From contig CAWGJT010000005.1 of NCBI GenBank assembly GCA_963822965.1, positions 1,632,001-1,696,000 of the forward strand: a DNA stretch of 64,000 nt. The letters are read 5' to 3'. The notes beneath the pieces were generated by a model. It was not told the origin of the DNA. It was given only the letters and a program-made list of their open reading frames with translations, and searched no databases. The translations under genes were made by a program, and so were the position numbers. Origin of the DNA: an uncultured delta proteobacterium (lineage in GTDB: Bacteria; Myxococcota_A; UBA9160; UBA4427). This document shows, piece after piece, positions 22,818-33,441 of the stretch. Every line of letters begins with the position of its first letter. The stretch's first letter is position 1.

Positions 22818-23982
22818 CTATCGCGCCGGCTCTCCACCGCCGACCCGGGCCGGGAAGCCCGTGCAGAACGCGAGCATGGCCAGGATCAGCACCGACGCCA
22901 GCCAGAACGGCGCACCCATGGCGTGGTCGAAGAGTAGGCCGGCCGGCACGGGCCCCAGAGCCCGCGCCAGGGAGGCCCGCGAGGTGAACGTTCCCATCAC
23001 CGAGCCGCGGGTCGAAGGCGACGCGAACGAGGACGCCATGCTGATCATCGACGGCTGGCAGATGCCGCGGCCGACGGCGGAGACGGCCAGCGGTACGAGC
23101 AGGATGGCCACCGTCGGCGACAGGGGAATCGCCACGAACGCGGCCGCCATCAGGATGGCGCCGGCGAACAGGAGCTTGCGCTCGCCGAATCTCGCGGCGA
23201 GGAAGCGGATACCGCCCCCCTGAACGCCTCCCATCAGCACCGCCATGCCCACGAGAATGAAGGCGACGGCGCGCAGGTCGTAGTCGAACTTCACCTTCAT
23301 CAGCAGGGCGAAGACCGTCTCGAGCTGGGTGACCGCGAGCGAGAACAACAAGTTGGCCCAGCCGATGCGCCGCACCTGGGGGTTCGCCAGCACGGCTTTG
23401 CTGGTCAGCCGGGCGTGCTCGACTACGACCTTCTTCTCCGGCTCCACGAGCGTGGCCGCCGCGATCACGAAGTTGATCGCCGCCATGCCCGCGGCGAAGA
23501 GCAGCGGGACGTGATAGCCGTACGGACCGAGAATACCGCCGATGGCGGGGCCGAGCGTGAAGCCCACCGCGAACGATGCGCCCAGCAGCCCCATCCAGCG
23601 CGTCCGCTCGGACTCGTCGGTCGCGTCGGTGATGTAGGCGCTCGCCACGCTGATGTTGGCGGCGAAGACGCCGCCGAGCAGGCGTCCCGCGAAGAGCCAG
23701 GGCAGGGTCGGGGCGAGCCCGGTGAGCAGCAGTGCCGCGCTCGAGCCCGGCGATGGTCATCAGCATGACCGGGCGGCGGCCGATGCGATCGGAGAGCCGC
23801 CCCCACAGCGGGGCGAAGAGGAACTGCATGCTCGCGTAGCTCGCGACCAGGAGGCCCAGGGTGCTGGCGTCGGCCCCGAAGCCCACCACCATGAACGGGA
23901 GTACGGGCACGACGATCCCGAAGCCCACGAGATCGATCACCACGATGCTGAAGAGGACCGCCAGGGGGCGTCGGGTCTTCAT
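22818..23982 (-). CDS. MFS transporter (TetA/DHA1-like), frameshift near 23750
   Basis: IDLVGFGIVVPVLP; motif A GRLSDRIGRRPV; GFTLGPAIGG. Confidence 0.9.
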
Positions 23983-24262
23983 GTGCCTCGTTGTCCGCGC
24001 CCGACGCCTTCCGGTCCCGAGCCGCCGCTTCTTCGATCCGTCCGGCCGTCGGCTCCCTACTCAGGCCTGGGGCATTCCCACCCCAGACGATGGACGCGCC
24101 CGTGCCGCCTCGATCCCGCCGAGGGCACGGCGCCTCGCAAACGGCCGGCGGGCCGCAACTGTACCGCCGATATCCCTGGAAACGATGCTGGACTCACCTG
24201 CCCCGTTGTGGTTGGATGGTCCCGCGCCCGGTACCGGGGCGCTCCGGGAGCCTGCGAACGCG

Positions 24263-24917
24263 ATGCAATCCAGCTGTCTGCCTGTTTCCCGCCCCCTCCG
24301 ACGTCTTTTTCGAAGCCCTCTTCGAAGCCCGAGCCGATCGGGAGCCCGGTCGCGCACCGTCGCCCTCCTCGCGGCCGCCCTGTTCTGCCTGATCGCGGCG
24401 GGAACGGCAACCGCCGAAGACCAGTACGCGAGAGAAGGAGGAATCCGAGCTCCAGGGCATCGCGTCCGCGGGCTATACCCACTCCTTCCAGGACACCAAC
24501 CTGCCCGTCGGCGGCTCCTTCAGCGACGGCAACGGCCTCGACGTCCAGCTGGGCTTCCAGATCGGCGACTACGTGGCCTTCCTGGCGGGCTACGAGTGGC
24601 AGACCCAGAGCGATTACGACACCCACTTCTTCCCGGTCTCCGTGCGCGCCCTGTCGCCGTCGATCCTCGACCGGGTGCATCTCTACGGCCAGTTCGGCAT
24701 CGGGCTCCTCTACAGCAACCTGCACCACGAGTTCAACACCACCGGCGGCGAGAACGTGAAGGCGTCCGCCTTCCGGCTCGGGGGCGGGGTCGAGGTCGGC
24801 ATCACCGACCAGGTGTCCGCCATCGTCTACGGCGCCTGGCTGAAGGGCATGGGATCCGCCAACGACTACGAGTACGGTACTGCAGGCGTCGGGCTGCAGT
24901 ACCGCTGGGAGCTGTAG
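24263..24917 (+). CDS. Outer-membrane beta-barrel protein (OmpA-like transmembrane/porin family), frameshifted
   Basis: Signal-peptide-like VALLAAALFCLIAAGTATA; amphipathic strands FRLGGGVEVG and C-terminal GVGLQYRWEL. The start is uncertain. Confidence 0.7.
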
Positions 24918-25077
24918 AACTCCTTCGGCCGCGCTCGGCCTTTCGGCCTGCCTCCTTCGGCCGCGCTCTCAGCCTCGTCCGACCGCCGTGCGCCAGCCGC
25001 CCGGCGGGGACGCTTCGCTGGTTGGCGCTAGCGCGGCGATGGGTCAACGTCGGGGCGTGGAATCCGTCCCCCCGGCC

Positions 25078-26889
25078 ATGGCGGGCAGCGAGCCGCGCCT
25101 ACCGCTGCGTGTCAAGCTCGCCTACGGCGCGCCCAGCTTCGCGGGCGCGGGCATGGCGATTCCCATCGTCATCCACCTGACGATCTTCTACTCCGACGAG
25201 GTCCTGATTCCCCTCGGATTCATCGCCCTGGTGAAGGCCCTGGCCCGGGCCTTCGACGCGTTGACCGATCCCTTGATGGGCTGGGTGACCGACCGCACCC
25301 GCACCCGCTGGGGGCGGCGGCGCCCCTGGATCCTGCTCGGTGCGCCGCTCGCCGGGCTGGCCTTCGTCGCGCTCTTCGCACCGCCCGCTTCGCTCACGCC
25401 GGGCGGCGCCGCCGTGTGGTTCGCGATGAGCTACGTGCTCTACTACCTCTTCCACACGGTCTACGAGATTCCTCACGGCGGTCTCGGCCCCGAGCTCACC
25501 CTCGACTACAACGAGCGCAACGTGCTCTTCGGGTGGCGCGCCCCGTTCATCGTCGGGGGCACGATGGTGGCGTCGACCCTGCCGCCGCTGCTGATCGGCG
25601 CCCTGGGCGGTGCGCGCGCGGGCTACGTGGCCTTCGCGGTGATCTTCGCCGTGCTGCTCACGGTCCTCTACGCCAACCTGGTCTTCCAGGTGCGCGAGCG
25701 CCAGGACTTCGTGAACCGGGCACCGAACCCCCTCGTGCCGGGCGTGCGACGGGTGATGCGCAACCGCGCGTTCCGCGTGCTGCTCGCCGTCTACGTGACG
25801 GGCTCCGTCACTGGTGCGATCCCCGGGCTGATGATGCCCTACTTCACGAAGTACGTGCTGCAGCCCGACCACCCCGACCGCTGGCTCGGCATCTTCCTCT
25901 TCCTCTACTTCGGATCGGGCTTCCTGGCCCTGCCGTTCTGGATGTGGCTCGCGCGACGCGTGGGCAAGAAGAGCGCGTGGCTCACCAGCTTCGTGCCCGG
26001 GCTCACGGGCTCGCTCATGATCTTCTTCCTGCTGGGGAAGGGCGATCTCGTACTCACCGCGGTGATCCTCATCTGGGCCGGCTCGGCATTCTCGGCGGGC
26101 ATGTTCCTGGGCCCGTCCATGCAGGCCGACGTGATCGACTACGACGAGCTCTACACGGGGCGCCGGCGCGAAGCGCAGTACAACGGGCTCTGGTCGGTGA
26201 TGGCGAAGTTCACGGTCATCCCGAGCATGGCGGTCCCGCTGGCGATCCTCGCCACGTACGGCTACGTGCCGAACGTCCCCCAGAGCGAGACCGTGCAGAC
26301 GGTGATCCGCGCGATCTTCGGTCTGGCGCCCGCCACGACGTCCATCGTGGCCTTCGTCATCGCCCTGCGCTTCCCGATCAGCCAGCAGATCCACGAGCGG
26401 ATCTGGTGGGGCATCCGGGCCCACCAGCGCGGCGAGCCCGCGGTCGACCCGCTCACCGGTCGCAGCCTGCCGCCGCCCCACGAGCGCGGCGTCGACGAGC
26501 AGACGGGCTGGTTCCTCGACCACTTCTCCAGCCGCGAGCTGCGGCGGGTGATCGCGCGCGGCCCGGGGAGCGCGCTGTTCAGCAGCACGCTGGCGGCGGC
26601 CCTCTCGCTGGCCGTCACGATCGCGGCGGCGGCCGTCACGCTGGTCGAGGCGGGCGACCTCCACCGCGACCCCGGAATCCTGGCGGTGTTCAGCGTGCTC
26701 ACCTGCGGGTTCGCGTTCACCGCGCTGTGCTTCCACCTCTTCCGCGTGCGAGCGGCCCTCGCGCTGCGCCGCCGACCCGTCTCGCACGCGGAGATCGAGC
26801 ACCACCTCGCGTTCACCGAGTTCATCCGCAACGCGGACGCCCCGCTGCCCGAGTCGGGTGGGTCGGCTAGCGTCGAGGGGCTCGCCTGA
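25078..26889 (+). CDS. GPH (MelB-like) MFS symporter with C-terminal extension
   Basis: KLAYG; DALTDPLMGWVTDRTRTRWGRRRPWIL; ADVIDYDELYTGRRREAQY. Confidence 0.9.
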   Translation: MAGSEPRLPLRVKLAYGAPSFAGAGMAIPIVIHLTIFYSDEVLIPLGFIALVKALARAFDALTDPLMGWVTDRTRTRWGRRRPWILLGAPLAGLAFVALFAPPASLTPGGAAVWFAMSYVLYYLFHTVYEIPHGGLGPELTLDYNERNVLFGWRAPFIVGGTMVASTLPPLLIGALGGARAGYVAFAVIFAVLLTVLYANLVFQVRERQDFVNRAPNPLVPGVRRVMRNRAFRVLLAVYVTGSVTGAIPGLMMPYFTKYVLQPDHPDRWLGIFLFLYFGSGFLALPFWMWLARRVGKKSAWLTSFVPGLTGSLMIFFLLGKGDLVLTAVILIWAGSAFSAGMFLGPSMQADVIDYDELYTGRRREAQYNGLWSVMAKFTVIPSMAVPLAILATYGYVPNVPQSETVQTVIRAIFGLAPATTSIVAFVIALRFPISQQIHERIWWGIRAHQRGEPAVDPLTGRSLPPPHERGVDEQTGWFLDHFSSRELRRVIARGPGSALFSSTLAAALSLAVTIAAAAVTLVEAGDLHRDPGILAVFSVLTCGFAFTALCFHLFRVRAALALRRRPVSHAEIEHHLAFTEFIRNADAPLPESGGSASVEGLA

Positions 26890-26900
26890 AGGAGAACGCC

Positions 26901-28118
26901 ATGCCCCAGGTCGTCAAGCTCGGAATCAAGCGCCCGGTCACCCGCCCCCTGCTGCCCGACCCCGAGCCCCGCGAGCAGCGCTACACGATCATCTCCGTGG
27001 ACGACCACCTGATGGAGCCCCCCGAGACCTTCGAGGGGCGCATGCCGAAGAAGTTCGAGGCGCGCGCGCCGCGGGTGATCGAGACCGAGGAGGGCCACCA
27101 GGTGTGGTCCATCGACGGCACGCCCTACTTCCAGGTGGGATTCATGTGCGTCGCCGGCCGGCCGCGGGAGGACCACCGCGTGGAGCCCGCGCGCTTCGAC
27201 GAGGTGCGGCCCGGCTGCTACCGGATCAAGGACCGCATCAAGGACATGGACATCAACGGGGTGTGGGCGTCCGTCAACTTCCCATCGGGCGTGACGGGCT
27301 TCGGGGGCACTCTCTTCTCCGGGCTGGACGACCCCGAGTTCGGCCTCGCCTGCACGCGCGCGTGGAACGACTGGCTCTTCGAGGACTGGCACCAGGCCTA
27401 TCCCGACCGCATCGTGCCCCTGGGCATCACCTTCCTGACGGACCCCGAGAAGGGCGCGGAGGAGATCCGCCGAAATGCGAAGCGGGGCTTCACGGCGGTG
27501 ACGATGCCCGAGCAGCCCCACCAGCAGGGGCTGCCGCCGGTCTTCGACGCCTACTGGGAGCCCATCATCCGCGCGTGCGCGGAGACGGGCACCGTCCTGA
27601 ACCTGCACGTCGGGTCGTCGGGCTTCGCGAAGATGCCCCCGGGCGCCCCGATGCTCGAGCTGGGCGCCACCATGTTCCAGGCGATGGCGTTCCAGTCGTG
27701 CGCCGAGTGGCTCTGGAGCGGCTGGCCCGCCCGCTTTCCCGAGCTCAAGATCGCCATGAGCGAGGGGGGCATCGCCTGGGTGGCCGGGCTGATCGACCGG
27801 CTCGACAACATCATGGCTCGCTCCGGGTACGGCCAGGGCTGGCCCTCGAAGGACGTGACGCCTTCGGAATGCCTGCGGCGCAACTTCTGGTTCTGCATGA
27901 TCGACGATCCGTCGACGATCTCGACCCGTCATGCCATCGGCGTCGAGAACATCCTGTGCGAGTCGGACTACCCGCACGGCGACGGCACCTGGCCCGATAC
28001 CCAGCAGGTGGTCCACGCGCTGATCGGCGATCTCCCCGTGGAGGAGATCCGCATGATGACCCACGAGAACGCCGCGAAGCTGTACCGGCACCCGCTCCCG
28101 GACCTACGTCTTCCCTGA
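26901..28118 (+). CDS. Amidohydrolase family 2 protein
   Basis: ISVDDHLMEP, RAWNDW, LNLHVGS, MSEGGIAW, ESDYPHGDGTWP; GAAGGAG RBS. Confidence 0.9.
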   Translation: MPQVVKLGIKRPVTRPLLPDPEPREQRYTIISVDDHLMEPPETFEGRMPKKFEARAPRVIETEEGHQVWSIDGTPYFQVGFMCVAGRPREDHRVEPARFDEVRPGCYRIKDRIKDMDINGVWASVNFPSGVTGFGGTLFSGLDDPEFGLACTRAWNDWLFEDWHQAYPDRIVPLGITFLTDPEKGAEEIRRNAKRGFTAVTMPEQPHQQGLPPVFDAYWEPIIRACAETGTVLNLHVGSSGFAKMPPGAPMLELGATMFQAMAFQSCAEWLWSGWPARFPELKIAMSEGGIAWVAGLIDRLDNIMARSGYGQGWPSKDVTPSECLRRNFWFCMIDDPSTISTRHAIGVENILCESDYPHGDGTWPDTQQVVHALIGDLPVEEIRMMTHENAAKLYRHPLPDLRLP

Positions 28119-28127
28119 GCGCCCCGA

Positions 28128-28148
28128 GCGAGCCCCGAACGGGCTCGC
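28128..28148. terminator. GC hairpin between convergent genes (possible terminator)
   Basis: GCGAGCCC-cgaac-GGGCTCGC; no U-tract. Confidence 0.4.
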
Positions 28149-28175
28149 CCTTCGGTCCCGACGCGGCGGCGCCCG

Positions 28176-28931
28176 TCAGCGCTCGAGCGCGTAGCGGATC
28201 GTGACCACCGCCTTGATGCTCTTCAGGCGGGTGGTGGTGTCGTTGCGTCCGTAGTCCGACACCTCGGTCGAGTGGGCCGGCGTGATCTGGAAGACGCCCT
28301 GTCGCGCGGAGCGCAGCCCGCCGATGCTCGCCTCGCTGTTCTCGGCCAGCACCTCCGCGCGCCGGCGCGCGTCGGCCGTGGCCTCGCCGAGCATCGCGAT
28401 CTTCAGCTCGTCCTGCTTCGTGTAGACGTACTGTGGAGAGCCCGCCGAGAACCGGATGCCCTGGCGGACCAGCTCGCCGGACTCGCGAGCCAGGGCCGCC
28501 ACCTCGTCGATGTCCTGGGAATCGACGCTCACGCCGAGGGACAGCTCGTAGCCCTCGATCTCGTTGGTCGACATGCCCTTCTCGTTCATCCCGTACAGGA
28601 CGCGCGTGTGGACCGGCGAGACGACGACCTCGCTCCTGGGGAATCCGCGCGCCTCGAGGAAGGCCATCACCCGGGCCTGCTGGGCGGCGAGCTCGTCGTA
28701 GGCCTGCTCGAGGGTGGCGGCCCGGGTGGTGAAGGAGCCCGCCCACGAGGCCCGGTCCGACTCGATCTCCCGCTCCGCGTAGCCCTTCACCTCGACGGTC
28801 TCGTCCTGACTCCGGACGTCGCGGATGGTGTCGCCCAGGATGGCCGCGGACGCGACGATCGAGAGCCCCAGGGTGGCGCCCAGACCCACGAGGCCCAGCC
28901 CCCGCGAACGATCCGCCGATGAGTTGCCCAC
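28176..28931 (-). CDS. SIMPL (DUF541) domain protein
   Basis: N-terminal TM; VEVKGYAEREIESD; ATADARRRAEVLA; SARQGVFQIT. Confidence 0.85.
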   Translation of the reverse strand: MGNSSADRSRGLGLVGLGATLGLSIVASAAILGDTIRDVRSQDETVEVKGYAEREIESDRASWAGSFTTRAATLEQAYDELAAQQARVMAFLEARGFPRSEVVVSPVHTRVLYGMNEKGMSTNEIEGYELSLGVSVDSQDIDEVAALARESGELVRQGIRFSAGSPQYVYTKQDELKIAMLGEATADARRRAEVLAENSEASIGGLRSARQGVFQITPAHSTEVSDYGRNDTTTRLKSIKAVVTIRYALER

Positions 28932-29074
28932 CGATCCCTCCTCGTTCCCGACCCGCTCCGAACCCCGGCCCCGTCCCCAACCCGGTTGCAGGCTGACACT
29001 GCGGGCGGGAACGAGGTTCCTGGCGGGTCCGGGGATTGAAGTATCCTCCGTTCCGAGGAAGCATCCAAGCAGCC

Positions 29075-30229
29075 ATGTCCCCGAGCCGGCCGGTGCCCGA
29101 CATCTCCCAAGGCCTCGAGCCCGTGTACGACAAGGTCGTCTCGGGCTATCAGACGTTCCACCACGCGCAGCCCTTCGAGCTGGAATGGGGGGGCGTCCTC
29201 CCGGGATTCGACATCGCCTACGAGACCTGGGGCGAGCTCTCCCCCGCCCACGACAACGTCGTGCTGCTGCACACGGGGCTCTCGGCGTCGAGCCACGCCC
29301 ACAGCCACGAAGCCAACCCGAACCCGGGCTGGTGGGAGGGCTTCATCGGACCGGGATGCGGGCTCGACACCGACCGCTTCCACGTCATCTGCACGAACCT
29401 GCTCGGCGGCTGCTACGGCAGCACGGGGCCTGCGAGCACGAACCCGGCGACGGGCGAGCCGTGGGCGACGGACTTTCCGATCCTCACCGTGCGCGACATG
29501 GTGCGCGCCCAGCTCCTGCTCCTCGACCGACTGGGAATCCACCGGGTCTACGCTTCGGTGGGCGCCTCACTGGGCGGCATGCAGTCGCTGCTGATCGCCG
29601 CCCTCGAGCCCGAACGGGTGGGCCGTCTCGTGAGCATCTCGGCGGCCCTGCGTTCGTACCCCCAGTCGATCGCGCTGCGCTTCGTGCAGCGGCAGGCGGT
29701 CATGAACGACGCGGACTGGCGGGACGGCCGCTACTACGGCGTGAGCTTCCCCCACCGCGGCATGAAGGTGGCACGGGGCATCGGCACCATCACGTATCGT
29801 TCGGGACCGGAATGGCAGGCGCGCTTCGGGCGCAAGCGTCCCGACGGAGTTCCGCGTCTCGACGAAGACTTCCAGGTGGAGACCTATCTCGCCTACCAGG
29901 GCGAGAAGTTCTGCCTGCAGTACGACGCCAACTCCTACCTCTACATCTCGAAGGCCATGGACCTCTTCGACCTGCGTCCCGAAGAGCCGCACCGGGAGGG
30001 ACCGACGATCGACCACGTCCAGTGCCCCTCGCTGGTGATCGGCGTGACCTCGGACTTCCTCTTTCCGGTGCGCCAGCAGCGCGAGCTGGCCGGATCGCTC
30101 CGGAAGGCGGGGGCGGAAGTTACCTACTTCGAGATCGACGCGCCCTTCGGACACGACACCTTCCTGATCGAGCGAGACGCGGTGGGCGACGCGGTCCGCG
30201 CGCACCTGGAAGCCGGGCTTGAGGACTAG
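29075..30229 (+). CDS. MetX-family acyltransferase, probably serine O-succinyl/acetyltransferase (Cys2-like)
   Basis: [26 protein letters not shown], nucleophile [40 protein letters not shown]. Confidence 0.85.
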   Translation: MSPSRPVPDISQGLEPVYDKVVSGYQTFHHAQPFELEWGGVLPGFDIAYETWGELSPAHDNVVLLHTGLSASSHAHSHEANPNPGWWEGFIGPGCGLDTDRFHVICTNLLGGCYGSTGPASTNPATGEPWATDFPILTVRDMVRAQLLLLDRLGIHRVYASVGASLGGMQSLLIAALEPERVGRLVSISAALRSYPQSIALRFVQRQAVMNDADWRDGRYYGVSFPHRGMKVARGIGTITYRSGPEWQARFGRKRPDGVPRLDEDFQVETYLAYQGEKFCLQYDANSYLYISKAMDLFDLRPEEPHREGPTIDHVQCPSLVIGVTSDFLFPVRQQRELAGSLRKAGAEVTYFEIDAPFGHDTFLIERDAVGDAVRAHLEAGLED

Positions 30230-30233
30230 CCCG

Positions 30234-30849
30234 ATGTCTCGGGCGCGGAGGTTCGCCCACGTGCGCGAGCCGCCGGCGCCGTACGAGCCTGCGGGACCTC
30301 TGCCTCGTCGCCTCGCTCCTGCTGGGCTCGGCGGGCTGCTCGACGCTCAACGTGATGGTGGACGCCGACTCGGCGGTCGACGTCGCGGCCTTCGAAGCCT
30401 GGACGTGGCACGAGCCTCCGAAGATCGCCGACGCGAGCCCCTTCGCGGACAACTCGCTGCTGCGCAAGCGGGTCCGGGAGGCGGTGGCCAGCGAGCTCTC
30501 GAAGCGGGGCTATCGCCGGGTGGACGGAGAAGACGCCGACTTCGCGGTCACCTTCCACGTGCTCATCACGTCGAAGCGCGAAGCCTGGGGATCGACCGGC
30601 TGGGGATGGCCCAGCTGGAGCTACGGCGGCGACTACCGCGAATCGACGTTCCAGGAAGGAACCCTCGTCCTCGACCTGACGAGCCCGGACGGTCGCCAGC
30701 TCTTCTGGCGCGGCTGGGTCTCGGGCGCGGTGCCCACGCCCGACAGCGATCGCGACCGGGTGGCCGAAGCGGTGAAGCGCATTCTTTCGGAGCTGCCGGC
30801 TCGTGAGACGGCGCCCGTCGCCCGTCCGGCCGACTCGGAGGCCGACTGA
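30234..30849 (+). CDS. DUF4136-like lipoprotein (frameshift near start)
   Basis: Lipobox-like LLLGSAG-C in frame just upstream of ORF 30352; FQEGTLVLDL...QLFWRG. Confidence 0.75.
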
Positions 30850-30960
30850 GGCCGTTCCGTCCCGGCTCGTCCCACCGTCGCCCGGAGACCACCCGGTCCG
30901 CCTCCCGCCTCCTCTCAAGCGGTCGAGCAGGACACCCGATTCTCCTCTCGGGAGGATCGC

Positions 30961-32869
30961 GTGCGGGTGAAGCGGTTCCAGCAGCTGAGAACGTTCGTGA
31001 TGGACGAGATCGTCGACCTCGGCATCCCCGAGGACGCCGTCCGCGACGAGGACATGCGACGCGTCCGGATCATCTCCATCACCACCCTGGGACTGTGCGT
31101 CGTGGCGGGCATCCCGGCCATCATCCAGTTCCGGCTGCTGGGCCTGTCGCATCTCGCGATCGCCGGCGGGGTGACGATCGCCGCGGCGCTCGCCAACCTC
31201 CTGCTGCTGCGGGCGCTTCGCCGACCCATCCTCGCGGCGCATCTCGGCCTCGCCGTGCTGGGCTCCCTGCTGGTCTTCTCGAACGTCGCGACGGGGGGCT
31301 TCTACGATCCCAACTTCGCCTGGCTCTACGTGCTGCCCCTCGGCGCCGCGGCGCTCATCGACCTGCGCGGCGCGGCGATCTGGACGGCCATCCTGATCTG
31401 CGTGACCGTCGCGTTCTGGATGCTGCCCGACCAGGGCATCGAGCTCCCCAACCGGGTGCCGGAGGCGATGCGCGCGGGCAACAGCCTCTTCAACCGCATC
31501 ACCGCCATCCTCGCCATGGGCGTCATCGGCGCGAGCTTCGTGGCCGGACAGCGCCGCGCCGAGCGCCAGCTCGCGTCCGCCCATCACGACCTGCTGGCCG
31601 AGACCGCCTACGTGCACCTGCTGATGCACGCCGCCGTCGCCTCCAACGAGGCGGTGTCGTTCGAGAACGCCATGCGGCAGAGCATGCGGCGCATCTGCGA
31701 GACGATGGGGTGGCTGGCGGGGCAGGTCTACGCAGTCGGGGACGACGGCTGGATCACGAGCAGCGGATCGTCGACGCCATCCACTTCCAGGATCCACAGC
31801 TCGATTTCCTGGCACCGCTTCGCGGGGAGCCAGCGCTTTCCCATCGGGGTCGGCACCGTCGGACGGAGCGTCTCGGAACGGCGGTCGCAGATCCTGCAGG
31901 TCATTCAGGAAGGAGAGAACCCGGACGGCCCCTCCGCTCCGCGGCCGAACGGGCCGGGCTCCGCTCCGCGATCACGATGCCCGTCTTCGTGAACGACGCG
32001 GTCACCGCCGTCATGCTCTTCGCCTCTCGAGGAAGCTCCAGCACACCCAGCGGCTCGTCGAGGTCTTCTCGCTGATCGGGTCGCAGCTCGGCAAGGTGGC
32101 CGAGCGCGCGGCGTTGCAGGACCGGGCCCACCAGGCCCAGAAGATGGAGGCGGTCGGTCAGCTCGCCGCGGGGGTCGCGCACGAGATCAACAATCCCATG
32201 TCCTACGTGCGCACGAATCTCCACACCCTGCGCGAGGAGTGGGCCGAGCTGCGCTCCAAGATCTCGACGTTCGGCGACGCACCGAGCTCGCGCCAGCGCT
32301 TCGACGACTTCCAGGAGCTGATCGAGGAATCGCTCGAAGGCGTCGAGCGCACCATCGCGATCGTGCGCGACGTGAAGGAGTTCTCGCACAACGGCGGCGT
32401 GGATCGTGCGCACTGGGAGATCGTGTCCATGGCCGAGCTGCTCGAGGGCGCGATGCGGGTGACGGCGTCCCAGGCGCCCTCGGGCGTCCGCATCGATTGC
32501 GAGTACGAAGGCCAGGGCCTGTGTCGCTGCTCGCCGAATCAGATCCGGCAGGTGCTGGTGAACCTGATCGTGAACGCCATCCAGGCCGTGGGCGAGTCGG
32601 GCCACGTCCGGCTGTCGACGGGCGGCGACGACCACCAGGTGTGGGCGCGGGTGGAAGACGACGGGATCGGCATGAGCGAGGCGACCCGGGCGCGGCTCTT
32701 CGAGCCCTTCTTCACCACCAAGGCGGTGGGCGAAGGGACCGGGCTCGGCCTCTCGGTCTCCTACGAGATCGTCCGCAACCACGGCGGCGAGATCGAGGTG
32801 AGCTCCGAGCCCGGCGCCGGAGCCTGCTTCGAGGTGCGCCTCCCCGCCGAAAGCGACGAGCCCGCCTGA
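30961..32869 (+). CDS. Membrane sensor histidine kinase (multi-TM, GAF-like, HisKA, HATPase), frameshifted
   Basis: Hydrophobic N-terminus; QKMEAVGQLAAGVAHEINNP; NLIVNA; DDGIG; FEPFFTTKAVGEGTGLGL. Confidence 0.85.
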
Positions 32870-32972
32870 CGCGCGGCGACCCGGCCCGAGGGCGCGGCGC
32901 TCGGGGGAGCGCGACCCAGGGCGAAGTCCTGCATCGCGTTTCCGCCGCAGACGAATCCTGCGGACTCGTCAC

Positions 32973-33359
32973 CTAGGCGTCGAGATCGAGCTCCAGCAGC
33001 GCGCGGTCGTGGATGCGACCGGAGAGTGCGGAGAGCGTGTCGGTGAGGACCATCTGCCAGCCGTACTTCCGGCGCAGGGCGCGGTAAGCGCGGCGCGCGG
33101 TCTCCGGATCGCTCACGATGCGGCCGACCCCCGGCTCGAAGTCGCCCTTCAGCCCCCCGCGCACGTTGCAGGGTGCGACCGCCACCCGGCCGGTGGCCCG
33201 GATGCGCTTCACCTTTCCCGCCCCGGCCTCGCTGAACACGTAGAGGTGCCCCCGGTCCGCGGCCACCCACACGGGCGTGCGCACCTCGCGACCGTCGCGC
33301 CGGAAGGTGGCGAGATTCACGTAGGCGGCGGCGCCGAGCCGATCGGTGGCGGAATCCAT
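32973..33359 (-). CDS. PPOX-class (putative F420-dependent) oxidoreductase
   Basis: [39 protein letters not shown]. Confidence 0.85.
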   Translation of the reverse strand: MDSATDRLGAAAYVNLATFRRDGREVRTPVWVAADRGHLYVFSEAGAGKVKRIRATGRVAVAPCNVRGGLKGDFEPGVGRIVSDPETARRAYRALRRKYGWQMVLTDTLSALSGRIHDRALLELDLDA

Positions 33360-33441
33360 GCAGACACTCCCGTTGCGGGGACGGACGGGGCGGGCGAGCC
33401 CAGACGGGCCGGGCGGCGCCGGATGCGGTATCCCCCCGTCC

